Part shown: piece by piece, positions 24,384 through 35,513 of the stretch
Layout: each line of letters opens with the position of its first letter
Numbering within the stretch: the stretch's first letter is position 1
Assembly: GCA_001599295.1 (NCBI GenBank)
Contig: BCGN01000006.1
Span: 1,364,001 to 1,415,462 of the forward strand
Direction: 5' to 3'
Length of the DNA stretch: 51,462 nucleotides
From: Sporopachydermia quercuum
Lineage: Eukaryota
The notes under the pieces: model-generated
Database searches by the model: none
Told to the model about the DNA's origin: nothing
Seen by the model: the letters and a program-made list of their open reading frames with translations, nothing else
Translations under genes and position numbers: made by a program

Positions 24384-25718
24384 ATGACCCGACTCATATT
24401 GAAAGGAGGAAAAATCCTCACTTTAGATGAGAAAGATACATTGCTTTCATCCGAATATGTTGTAGTTATCAACAAAAAAACTGGAATCATTGAGCAAATT
24501 ACAGAAAGTTACGAGGAAGAAAGTGATGATGAAGTGTTAGACTGCACTGATCAGGTCATTATGCCAGGATTGGTTGACATGCATTTTCACAGTGCAGTTG
24601 CTAGAGGTTGGAATGATCATATGCCTTTGAAAGAATATCTAGAAGAGTGCTGGTATCCTTCTATTAGAGCTTTGGATGAAGAGTCTACCTATTGGGTGGG
24701 GCTAGCTTCTTATTTGGAAGCTATCAAATCAGGGACCACTCATGTTAATGACATGTACAGATTTTTGGGCGGATTAGCAAAAGCTGCCGATAAAATAGGA
24801 ATCCGAGCTGTTTTGTCTAACGATATTGCTCTAGACAAATATAATCTCGATACTCTAGCCGACGCCAAAGAAGCATTCTATAAATACCATAATAGTGCTA
24901 ATGGAAGAGTAAAAGTAAGAATAGGTATCGAATGGTTGCCATTAGCCAACAAAGAATTATTACTCAATGCCCGAGCACTAGCTGATGAATTAAAAACGGG
25001 AATTCATTTACATTTGAATGAAAGTCCAACAGAAGTTGAAATAGTGAAAGGCTATACAGGTGGTAAGGGACCTACAGAATTGGCATACGAGTGTGGTATT
25101 CTAGGTCCTGATTGTGTTGCAGCACATTGTGTTCATTTAAGTGACAACGAGATTAATCTTATGAAACAAACAAACACTTTTATCTCACACAATCCTTCAT
25201 CTAACGCAAAACTAGGTAATGGTATTGCGAGACTTTGTGAATGGCAAAAGAAGGGTATAGTTGTTGGATTGGGCCACGATGCTGCGGAATGCAATAATTC
25301 AAGAGACGTTTTCGAAGTCATGAAGTTCTGCTCTTTGATCCATAGAGCCAAATTTCAAGATCCAACACTTTTACAGCCAAATACTATTCTCAAGATGTGT
25401 TGTGTTAATGGCAACCTTGGTTTGAACTATGACAAATACTCTCAGCCAATCAAAGCAGGTATGGTAAAAGTTGGCTATAAAGCTGATTTAATTACATTAG
25501 ATTTGAAGAACATCAAAATGGTCCCAGTATCAAAGAACGATGTCCTTCAATACTACAGTAATATAGTGTTCTCTTGTAATGGTAGTGTGGTCATGTCATC
25601 AGTTATTGATGGTGCCGTTGTAATGAAGAATAAAAAGTTTGTTAATGTCGACGAGGAAGAAGTCATTAACAAAGCCAACGAAATCTTCAATAGGATCAAA
25701 GATCAAATTCACGCTTAA
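24384..25718 (+). CDS. Metal-dependent amidohydrolase/deaminase (MtaD/SAH-deaminase, AtzA/TrzA family), substrate unknown, 444 aa
   Basis: MPGLVDMHFH (HxH), EAIKSGTT...DMY, IHLHLNES (HxxE), AAHCVHL, SHNPSSNAKLGNG, GLGHD, G.KADLI. No intron. Confidence 0.9.
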   Translation: MTRLILKGGKILTLDEKDTLLSSEYVVVINKKTGIIEQITESYEEESDDEVLDCTDQVIMPGLVDMHFHSAVARGWNDHMPLKEYLEECWYPSIRALDEESTYWVGLASYLEAIKSGTTHVNDMYRFLGGLAKAADKIGIRAVLSNDIALDKYNLDTLADAKEAFYKYHNSANGRVKVRIGIEWLPLANKELLLNARALADELKTGIHLHLNESPTEVEIVKGYTGGKGPTELAYECGILGPDCVAAHCVHLSDNEINLMKQTNTFISHNPSSNAKLGNGIARLCEWQKKGIVVGLGHDAAECNNSRDVFEVMKFCSLIHRAKFQDPTLLQPNTILKMCCVNGNLGLNYDKYSQPIKAGMVKVGYKADLITLDLKNIKMVPVSKNDVLQYYSNIVFSCNGSVVMSSVIDGAVVMKNKKFVNVDEEEVINKANEIFNRIKDQIHA

Positions 25719-26393
25719 GGATGCAACAAGACTGATGGATTATATAAGGAAATATAGGCTAATAGATAGAGGTACTTATTTTATAGCAATTAATTATAAT
25801 CATTATTTGGTATAATAAAATGNGTAAACAGAAAGAGAAGATTGAAAATGGTAGGATTCTTCCCGAGATTGTCTTATTGGTTCTGCTTATCTTGGGACAT
25901 TTATATTGATGTAGATTTAATTGTTTCCGTTATTTGATAAATACTATAATGAGGTTATAATCGGGACTTAGCATGTGTACTGCTTGGGATTAGTAGTTAA
26001 GTCTGTTACAGATATCTATTGTTGCTCCCNTGGTGCAAACGTATGTATCTTCGTTGCAAGAGATTAATTTTATTATTGATTACTTCATCACTTATTATAA
26101 TGGCAAATCACCACAACTATCAGCCATTATCAGAAGGTGACTCGGTGTAAAAGGAAAGGTTTCAGAACATATATTTATATANTATTCTATAATATTATTC
26201 TTAATGAAACTAGCTTATGTCAGCTCGTTATTTCATATTGAATTGCTAAGATGAAATCTAACATGCTTACACAAGCAGNTCATCTTCTGACTCTCCCATG
26301 ATCACTTTCAACTGATCTTCTGAACACCCCGTAGAATTTGTATGAGCTTCCACACACCAAAATAAAGACAGCTCATGTATCAATCTCTCACTG

Positions 26394-26402
26394 TGTGGCA
26401 AT
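26394..26402 (+). promoter_or_regulatory. Possible PACE (Rpn4)-like element upstream of PRE3
   Basis: TGTGGCAAT shares the GTGGCAA core of GGTGGCAAA, about 260 bp upstream of a proteasome gene. Imperfect match. Confidence 0.3.
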
Positions 26403-26660
26403 AGGAAATGTCCGATCAACAACTCTATATCTATCGCAGTTAATCAATTGTCACACTTTTCTTTCTCCGGTGAGTCTCATTGAATGATCTTTTACTTGAG
26501 GTTATAAAAACTACGTTCAATTGACATTTCAATGTTTTCACTCAGAGAGAATTTGTTTACTAATACCGTTCAAGCAAATCAATAGTTAAATTGATAGAAG
26601 TTTCATTCAATCCATTAGGAAGAAATAAAGGTTCATAGGTTAGAATAAAGAAAGATCAGT

Positions 26661-27720
<1,060 letters not shown>

Positions 27721-28664
27721 AAGTGGTTTGAGTCAAGGTAGCAATAATATGATAATTCATCGATAAAAAAAATGATATGTTTCAAGATGGGGTACTGTAG
27801 AAAGGAGAGAAAGAGTGCTCGTAGCCCTGAATAACTACACTATGTTTCCAAAGAAGACAGTCTTTTGAACTACCTTTAGCTCGTGAATTCTCTCCTGTTA
27901 AATCTGAAGAGCCATAGAAATTGTTGAAAATTCAGATCCATGATCGAGTACCAAATTTGTTCATAGATTTCGTAGACTGAAGTTTGATACTCAATGTATG
28001 TTCACTTCAGCTGAAAGTNAAAAAAACTAGAATTGATACTTGTGTTTGCTAGTACTAATCCGTACATAATCCGATGGTAAATTTTCTTGACAATATTTAT
28101 TTCAAACTAACTCTTATTATAATCTTATAATAATACCATGCTGGCACTTCTTCATTCAATGAACGAGATAGAGGACGAAATATTGTCAGTTCGAAGAATA
28201 AACAGAATATTGGGTAAATATAAGGTTAGCAGAAGCAATGTCCAACTGAAACTCCGTGAAAAACTGATAGACTGTGCTTTGTTTACTCTCAGCACCTTAG
28301 AACCCTTTCAAAGAACACACTTTGTGGATACTAACAAGACAATACCTCACACTACTTGAATTTCCCTTTTGCTGAGCATCATGTTTTCCTTTAAAGCGCT
28401 TACAATCACTCCACAGGCATTACATTATTCCTAGTTATTTAACTTTGCATCAAACCATGCATCACGTCTCATCTTGCCAACCTTGTCAGCTTATACTTTT
28501 CAAAATTCTCCTTCAGTGTTACGTGTTTTGCTACACAGAAGACTTCTCTAACTTTGTATCTCATTTTTGCACGACTGATAATTCAACTCCCAGTACTGAA
28601 TGATCTGCTAGATATAGGGTCGAAAGGGTGTGCGGTTTAGATTCTTTGTGTCAGACAGATATAA

Positions 28665-28670
28665 ACGCGT
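28665..28670. promoter_or_regulatory. MCB element (ACGCGT) upstream of MNN11
   Basis: Exact hexamer 145 bp upstream of the ATG. Single copy. Confidence 0.3.
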
Positions 28671-28814
28671 TCAGGTAGACAGCTTCTGGTCCTTTTGTAT
28701 AAATGAATAGTTGTTTATCACTATAATTCATAGCAGCAAAGAGGTAAAACTACTATTCTGCTTATTATAAATTTCAACCACATCATCACTTAAGGAAAAT
28801 CCAGATCATAGAAT

Positions 28815-30434
28815 ATGCACGCTGGGTTACCAAAGCGAGATCACTTCCGCCCAAAGGGCAAACAGGGCAATGGAGCGTTTGTCGCCGGGTTTGCATTGGT
28901 TCGGCGGTTCGAAAGACTGGTTGAATCGCCAAAAAGAAGGAAACAGGTCCTATATATTATGTTGGGAATATTCACGTTTATATGGTTTTTCTTTGCTACA
29001 TCATCATTTGGTAGTGGTTATACTCTCGACTCATCAGGCTCTGTTGATGCTGCTAAAGACAAATCGCTAAGCTTATACAGCAAAAATTCAATATATGCCA
29101 ATATCAAAGTAATGGTTCCAACATTGGAAGATCTACCTTATCTTGGTCAAAAGAAACCTAAGAAACCAGATGTACTGAGTTTAAAATCCATAGATGAGGT
29201 TATTGATTTCCGTACTGGCAAGCCTATCTATACCAAGAAACAATTGGCAGAGGTTCAAAAGAAATCCAAAAAGACGTACGAAGAGGAACTGGAAAAGTTC
29301 AACCAATCTCCAGCAGGTAAAGCATTTCGGAATTCAGAAGTTCTCGATTTGATGGTGTTCTCACCTGATGGAAAACCTATCACCGACCAACAACGTCAAA
29401 CTACTTATAATTTCAATAATGGCTATTCGAAGTCTATGGGAATTCCTCCTGTTGTCATCGTTACAGGACTTGATCGCGAGAGATATAACACAGATCATTT
29501 GAAAAGGGTTTTGGAGAACAGAATGGAGTATGCTGGTAATCTAAAGTATGGTTTGTATACTAGATATCTGCAAGACTATGTCTCTGATCCTTCCTACGAG
29601 ATTAGTCCTGAAAATGATAAAGCATGGGCTAAAGTTGAACTTTTGCGCAATGCTATGCATGCATTCCCTACCAGTAAATATTTCTGGTTTATTGATGAAG
29701 ACGCTTTGATAATGGATATTTCATTTGATGTGGTAAAAAATGTTATTGACCCAAAAGCATTAGATAATCTAATGATCAAAGATGAGCCTTTAACAGAACA
29801 ATCATCAACTATCAAAAGTTACAAGCATATTCTCCCAGAAGATGTGAATTTCATTATAACTAAAGGTGAGATACATCCCGACACATCGTCCTTCATTATT
29901 ACTAATAATGATTATGGAAGATCATTCCTCGAGTTTTGGAATGAACCTTTATTCAAGAAGTACAATGGTTTTCATCTCAAAGAACAGTCTGCTTTATCAC
30001 ATATCTTACAGTGGCATCCTGTGTTGCTTTCTAAGTTTGCTTTCGTTCCTGCAAAAAGCATAGCCAGTAAATATGGTGTTGCTAGTTTAAATGAGAAGAC
30101 TGTCGTTGATGTAAACGACGTTCATTATTCTTCAGGTGATCCCATTGTAGTTCTGAAGGATTGTGAACTAGCTGGTAATTGTTTAGAAGAGTTCCAGAAG
30201 TATTGGAGTAGGCTAAAAACTGGTACTAATGAGGGATCTAAGATAGATAAAGCTGATCTCAAACCAAAGAAAAAAGATGATGCTAAAGCACAAGAAGTAA
30301 AGAAGGAAGAAGCTAAGAAAGGAGGAGGAAAAGAAGAACTCCAGAAAGGCGTGGAAGCGGAAAAATCAAAAAAAATCAAAGAGTCATCCGGTGATGCAGG
30401 TCTACCAGAGAAGAAGAACGCTGCTAATGCTTAG
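28815..30434 (+). CDS. MNN11: GT34 Golgi alpha-1,6-mannosyltransferase subunit, Mnn11-like, 539 aa
   Basis: Type II TM segment near residue 45-63. ENRMEYA...YG, WAKVELLRNAMHAFP..YFWFIDEDALIMD, SALSHILQWHP. Confidence 0.85.
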   Translation: MHAGLPKRDHFRPKGKQGNGAFVAGFALVRRFERLVESPKRRKQVLYIMLGIFTFIWFFFATSSFGSGYTLDSSGSVDAAKDKSLSLYSKNSIYANIKVMVPTLEDLPYLGQKKPKKPDVLSLKSIDEVIDFRTGKPIYTKKQLAEVQKKSKKTYEEELEKFNQSPAGKAFRNSEVLDLMVFSPDGKPITDQQRQTTYNFNNGYSKSMGIPPVVIVTGLDRERYNTDHLKRVLENRMEYAGNLKYGLYTRYLQDYVSDPSYEISPENDKAWAKVELLRNAMHAFPTSKYFWFIDEDALIMDISFDVVKNVIDPKALDNLMIKDEPLTEQSSTIKSYKHILPEDVNFIITKGEIHPDTSSFIITNNDYGRSFLEFWNEPLFKKYNGFHLKEQSALSHILQWHPVLLSKFAFVPAKSIASKYGVASLNEKTVVDVNDVHYSSGDPIVVLKDCELAGNCLEEFQKYWSRLKTGTNEGSKIDKADLKPKKKDDAKAQEVKKEEAKKGGGKEELQKGVEAEKSKKIKESSGDAGLPEKKNAANA

Positions 30435-30902
30435 ATTCTTGAAAACGTTTAATCTCCCCTATATACCATACATTTCTATTCATAGTCAGTGAGTACTTAT
30501 TTGATTATATTCTACATTTTGTTCTGAAGTTGACTGAATAGATAGCTCCATGGACCAGATCATTGATTGCTGGTTTGTCAATGTAGTAATTTGTAAATTC
30601 AAAGACGTTTTTGGAAGGTTTTTTTTTATATTTTTTTTATATTTTTTTTTTTGATGAGAATCTGTTCAAACATTTTGTATTAATGTACATAGTTAAACTG
30701 TGTCGCTTTCTAANNTTTAATGTGATGTTACATCGCTCTCATATTATAATATTTCTTAGAGTTCTGCTATCAACCATACTTGATTTCAAATCAAGGATGG
30801 TAGTCCTTTTCGAATGCTCTTAAGTTGAAGCATTCTTCTTATATCTACAAGGCTATGAAAGCTCAAATTGTAGAATAGCATTTCTTATTGAGAAGTTCTA
30901 AA

Positions 30903-32039
30903 TTAAAAACAAAATACATCTCCCGTAGAATTTTCCATATGATATTGTGTTATTAANTATGGTTTAGAAGCTTCAGTATTGTGGGCTGGATCGTCAGGTT
31001 GAACAGCTATAACACCAATATTTAGATTCTTGGCTTCATCAACAGCCATTCTTTCCTCTAACACTCTTAAAGCAACAGCGCGTCTTCTTTCTGCAGCGTT
31101 CAAGTTAGAGTTGCCTGCTCTCTGTTGAGAATTAATTCTTGCTGATGCCCTCAGGTTGCCTTCGACAATATCTGTTTGTTCGAATGGCTCTATAATACCA
31201 ATTATCACCGAAAGCTTGTAGCATTGGTCGAAGAATGGTTGCAAAACAGGTACAATGAAGTTCGGAAAAAAGCTAACTAAAGCAAAGGTGTCTGAAGCAT
31301 CACCACGAACAGTTACTGAGCCTGCAGATCCTGCATTAGCTCCAAGAACAGGTGCTGTTTGGGAAGTTTGGAAAAACCTAAGATAAACCCAAGAGGAAAA
31401 GAATCCTGAGACAGCTAAAGCTATGATCTGTAATTTACCTAGTAAGATAGATAATACTAGATAATATACAAGGAACCCAACCACTAGTCTCTTTAGTCTG
31501 AATTTAATTAGTCCTTTGAACAGCTTTAAATTATGTTCTGCTAGTAATTGTTTTAGTACTACAAACAGTGCAAGATGGATACCAAAACCCCCGTTGATAG
31601 GACTTGTAATCCAGTAGTACTTTCGAAATAGAACACCTGTCAATAGGACTACAAAGAGAGCACCTAAATTCGATGCAATTGTTACTATGATTAGAAATTT
31701 GGTCACCTCTTGCGAACCCCAGGCGTGTTCACAATATTTCACACCATAGAAGTATATTAAACCAGTGAAAAGAAGGCCAGGAAGAGTTGTTTCAACGTAT
31801 GACGTTGTTAGCAGCACCCAAGGATGTGTGAAAAAAGAGTTAGGAACAAGCCTCAGCCAAGGCATTACAATGCTACTGAAATCAATTTTGCTGGCGTCAT
31901 CAGATCCTTCCTGAACTGTTTTATTGTATGTTGATAGTCTGGCAAATGCTGAAAATGTTGATAGTGTCAGCAATGTCATCAGCACTGTTCTTGTGACTGG
32001 CGGAACATTGATTCTGGTTGGAAGGTTTAAAAAAGCCAT
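30903..32039 (-). CDS. TMEM115/YOL107W-like (DUF1751) Golgi membrane protein; may end at 30957
   Basis: PWVLLTTSYVE, KYCEHAWGSQE, SWVYLRFFQ, RGDASDTFALVSFFP, AERRRAVALRVLEER. The codon at 30959-30957 is TAN (Tyr or stop). Confidence 0.88.
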   Translation of the reverse strand: MAFLNLPTRINVPPVTRTVLMTLLTLSTFSAFARLSTYNKTVQEGSDDASKIDFSSIVMPWLRLVPNSFFTHPWVLLTTSYVETTLPGLLFTGLIYFYGVKYCEHAWGSQEVTKFLIIVTIASNLGALFVVLLTGVLFRKYYWITSPINGGFGIHLALFVVLKQLLAEHNLKLFKGLIKFRLKRLVVGFLVYYLVLSILLGKLQIIALAVSGFFSSWVYLRFFQTSQTAPVLGANAGSAGSVTVRGDASDTFALVSFFPNFIVPVLQPFFDQCYKLSVIIGIIEPFEQTDIVEGNLRASARINSQQRAGNSNLNAAERRRAVALRVLEERMAVDEAKNLNIGVIAVQPDDPAHNTEASKPXLITQYHMENSTGDVFCF

Positions 32040-33740
32040 TTTTGATATTTATATATGATTTCTCTAGGTATAATGTCTCTGTCTATGATATATGATGAGC
32101 AAACTATACAACTGATGATAGAACAATGAGAGTTGATGAGAACAACAAATCGATCTTATAGATAGTCATGAAAATACCATTCACACCTAGAAACAAATAT
32201 TATGAAAATCAATCCAATTGTTCATTTCTTGAAGGAAATTCTACTTTTTCTCCATCCGTTCAAGCGGAAAAGGATTTCATTGATTGTTTATAGTAGAATA
32301 ATTTGTTCGTAATAGTTGGTAGGAGAAGTTGATATTTGGCATCTCAATGATCCTGTTATGAATTGGGTTAAGTTCTGGATGTAGAATTCATGCAAGCTTC
32401 ATGCAGGATGTGTCAGAGGATGATGGTAATGAAGATGAAAGTGAAAAGAAACAAGCAATGTAAATAGTGTTTAACCGGCAAGAAAAATCCTAGGTAAAAG
32501 AATATGAATAGAAACTAGGGATATTATGGAATTATTTTACGTTCTATTACAATCTCGCAAGTGACGTATAAGCATGCATAACATTATATGTAATATAGAA
32601 AAAAAAGATGTTTAGTAATGTGTAAGAATAAGCACAATCCTATTAAAGTTTGATTTCTGGTAAGGATCAGAAATACGGATATTACGTAACTTCATTGCGG
32701 AGAGAATAGTTGATAATCGGAAATAATAGAAAAGTATTAAAATGTACTGCATGCATAAAAATTGAACTTTAAACCGTTGTGTGAAGAAATCAAATAGCGG
32801 ATAGGAATTTGATTATAAGCCATTCATTCCTTTACTTGAATTGAATGTTCTTTTTGAAACCATTATTCCTATTGAATGGTTTCAAATTATGTTACTATTA
32901 AGTTCTAGAAAACTAATTATGAAAGCTTTTGAAGGAGCTAAAAGTCAACAAACATAATTCTAGCTTACGTATGTAGTTGAAAATCAAGAAAAGCTGGGAA
33001 AATACACTTCCCATTTCATATGGTGAACATAGCTATGAAGCATAGATCATATATATACAAAAGTTGTACTAAATAATATTTTAAGAAGCATATGAATTTA
33101 TCACCTCAGCTTGAAACCGTTGATCTGATGAACAGTCAATGCATCAAATTCAAAGAATAGTTAATGTTCCTAATCACTGAACCAATCTCTACAAATACTT
33201 CCTGAAGAGTTCAATTATATCTTCGGTTAATCATTTTACTCCAATTGAAATCTTTTTTTTTGAAAACCTACGTCTTTGATCTCATTTCTTTCCATTAACA
33301 ATTCAACTGACCCACTCGTAATAATCTGTCCATAGACTAACTGGTTTGGCATACAGTTCATTTTATACTTTAACTTTATGTTTTTATTCAGACGTTAAGG
33401 TTTTTCTGACCAATTTCAAACCGAAATTGTGCAATAGCTCACATGAAAGGGAGGTGGTGATTGAACGACTCTTTGAGAAAACCGTTAATCATATATAAAA
33501 GGAACACTACTATTGTTTAATACTAATTGACTGCTTACTTGACAATACGTAGATATCATAATCTGTTTTGTTCATATATCTACTTGTGATTTCTGCAAGC
33601 GATACTCCGAAATTGTTGGAAGAAGGTAGTATTGCCCTGTCCCATAGATAATGATAGATTATATCGATTATACCTTATATTTGATATGATCTCTTGATAG
33701 ACATTCAAATCGTTTAATTCATGCATATCTGAGAGGCAAA

Positions 33741-35513
33741 ATGTTTAAAACAATTCAAAAAAGAGTATTGAGTGGGCGACTTGTAAACAGTATTAAACGT
33801 CCTGCTACTTCACCAGCCAATAATGGCAGAGTCAACTACTTTTTTTTCCGTCCTGAATCCGTTCAAGAGTACTCATCAAAAAAAGAATCTTCTTCAAGCT
33901 CCAAAAGCAATCTATTACCATTAGTTTTTGCCTCAGCCTTTGGTGCTGGGACTGCTAGTGCTATTATTTACTTTAGTCAAACTGAGCCTATCGATGTAAA
34001 CAAGCCAACACTACCAGTGGAAGATCTACCTGGTATAAAGCATGCAAGTAATGAAGAATTGCTCAAAGCTTTTGATGAAATAAAGCTAGTTGTTGGCCCT
34101 GACAACGTCTCCGAGGATCCAAACGATATCGAAAGTCATTCTGATACTGAATGGAGCATTGAACATCCAGAACCTCATCAAAGACCTAAGCGAGTTGTCC
34201 ATGTCAATACCACTGAAGAAGTCTCCAAGNTCTTAAAGATTTGCTATAAGTACCGTGTACCTGTTGTTCCTTTTTCTGGGGGAACTTCATTAGAAGGACA
34301 GTTTATAGCAACGAGACAAGGAATCAGCCTTGATCTGAGTGGCATGGATAATATCTTAGAATTTCATAAGGATGATTTAGATATTGTTGTTGAACCGGGG
34401 GTTGGCTGGCAAGGGCTAGAAGAGTATTTGAAACCTCATGGACTTTTATTTGGACCTGATCCTGGCCCTGGGGCTCAGATTGGTGGAATGGTTGCAACAT
34501 CATGCTCCGGTACTAACGCTGCTCGTTACGGTACTATGAAAGACAATGTGCTTTCATTGGAAGTTGTTTTGAGTGATGGTACAATTATTAACACCAGACG
34601 AAGACCAAGAAAATCTGCGGCTGGTTATAACCTCACTAACTTATTTATTGGTTCCGAGGGTACCCTTGGAGTTATTACCAAAGCAACGCTAAAATTGAAT
34701 CATCGCCCTGAAAGTGAAAGAGTTGCTGTTGTTACCTTTAATAATATAAAGGAGGCAAGCGACACCGTTACTGATATCCTTAGCAAAGGTATTCAATTGG
34801 GAGCACTTGAATTATTAGATGATGTCCTAATGAAATGTATCAATGAAGTTGGTGGAACTAAAAGCAAATGGACCGAGAAACATAGCTTATTTTTGAAGTT
34901 TCAGGGCTCACCAGACCATGTCAAACAAACTATTTCCAAAGTTGAAAGCTTAGCGAAAAAGAATAAATGTGACTCTTTCAGATTTGCCAATAATGAAGAA
35001 GAATCCGTTGAACTATGGAGCGCACGTAAAACTGGATTATGGTCAACAATTGAATTTGGTAAAAAGAAAAATGCAAACGCAAAAGTTTGGTCAACTGATG
35101 TTGCAGTGCCCATTACATCCTTATCTAAGCTTATTGAGCAATGCAGAGAACAATTTGACAAATCAGGTCTTGTTGTAACAATTATGGGTCATGTAGGCGA
35201 TGGTAACTTTCATGGCTGTATGATATATAACAATGAAGAAGAAAAGAAGGTAGCTGAGGGTTTAGCTGAAGATATGGTCAAACGTGCTCTTAAGTTGGGC
35301 GGAACTTGTACTGGAGAACATGGCGTTGGTTTGGGAAAGAGAGACTTCTTGATCGAGGAAGTAGGAATCAATGCTGTTGATACAATGAGAAGGTTGAAAT
35401 ATGCGCTAGATCCCAAGTTGATCTTAAACCTAGATAAGATCTTTTACATGGACGTAGACGAAGCAAATCAACATTTGCATGCCAATCATCCAACTGGCAT
35501 TTCATGCTGTTGA
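33741..35513 (+). CDS. DLD1: Mitochondrial D-lactate dehydrogenase (cytochrome c), FAD-linked, 590 aa
   Basis: Presequence plus hydrophobic segment. PFSGGTSLEGQF, FGPDPGPGAQIGGM, RPRKSAAGYNLT.LFIGSEGTLG, GHVGDGNFH, GTCTGEHGVG. Confidence 0.93.
   Translation: MFKTIQKRVLSGRLVNSIKRPATSPANNGRVNYFFFRPESVQEYSSKKESSSSSKSNLLPLVFASAFGAGTASAIIYFSQTEPIDVNKPTLPVEDLPGIKHASNEELLKAFDEIKLVVGPDNVSEDPNDIESHSDTEWSIEHPEPHQRPKRVVHVNTTEEVSKXLKICYKYRVPVVPFSGGTSLEGQFIATRQGISLDLSGMDNILEFHKDDLDIVVEPGVGWQGLEEYLKPHGLLFGPDPGPGAQIGGMVATSCSGTNAARYGTMKDNVLSLEVVLSDGTIINTRRRPRKSAAGYNLTNLFIGSEGTLGVITKATLKLNHRPESERVAVVTFNNIKEASDTVTDILSKGIQLGALELLDDVLMKCINEVGGTKSKWTEKHSLFLKFQGSPDHVKQTISKVESLAKKNKCDSFRFANNEEESVELWSARKTGLWSTIEFGKKKNANAKVWSTDVAVPITSLSKLIEQCREQFDKSGLVVTIMGHVGDGNFHGCMIYNNEEEKKVAEGLAEDMVKRALKLGGTCTGEHGVGLGKRDFLIEEVGINAVDTMRRLKYALDPKLILNLDKIFYMDVDEANQHLHANHPTGISCC

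Noticed and set aside
28138..28359. 73-aa ATG-initiated intergenic ORF
   Set aside because: No recognisable motif, the length is plausible by chance, and nearby splice-like signals do not assemble into a gene.
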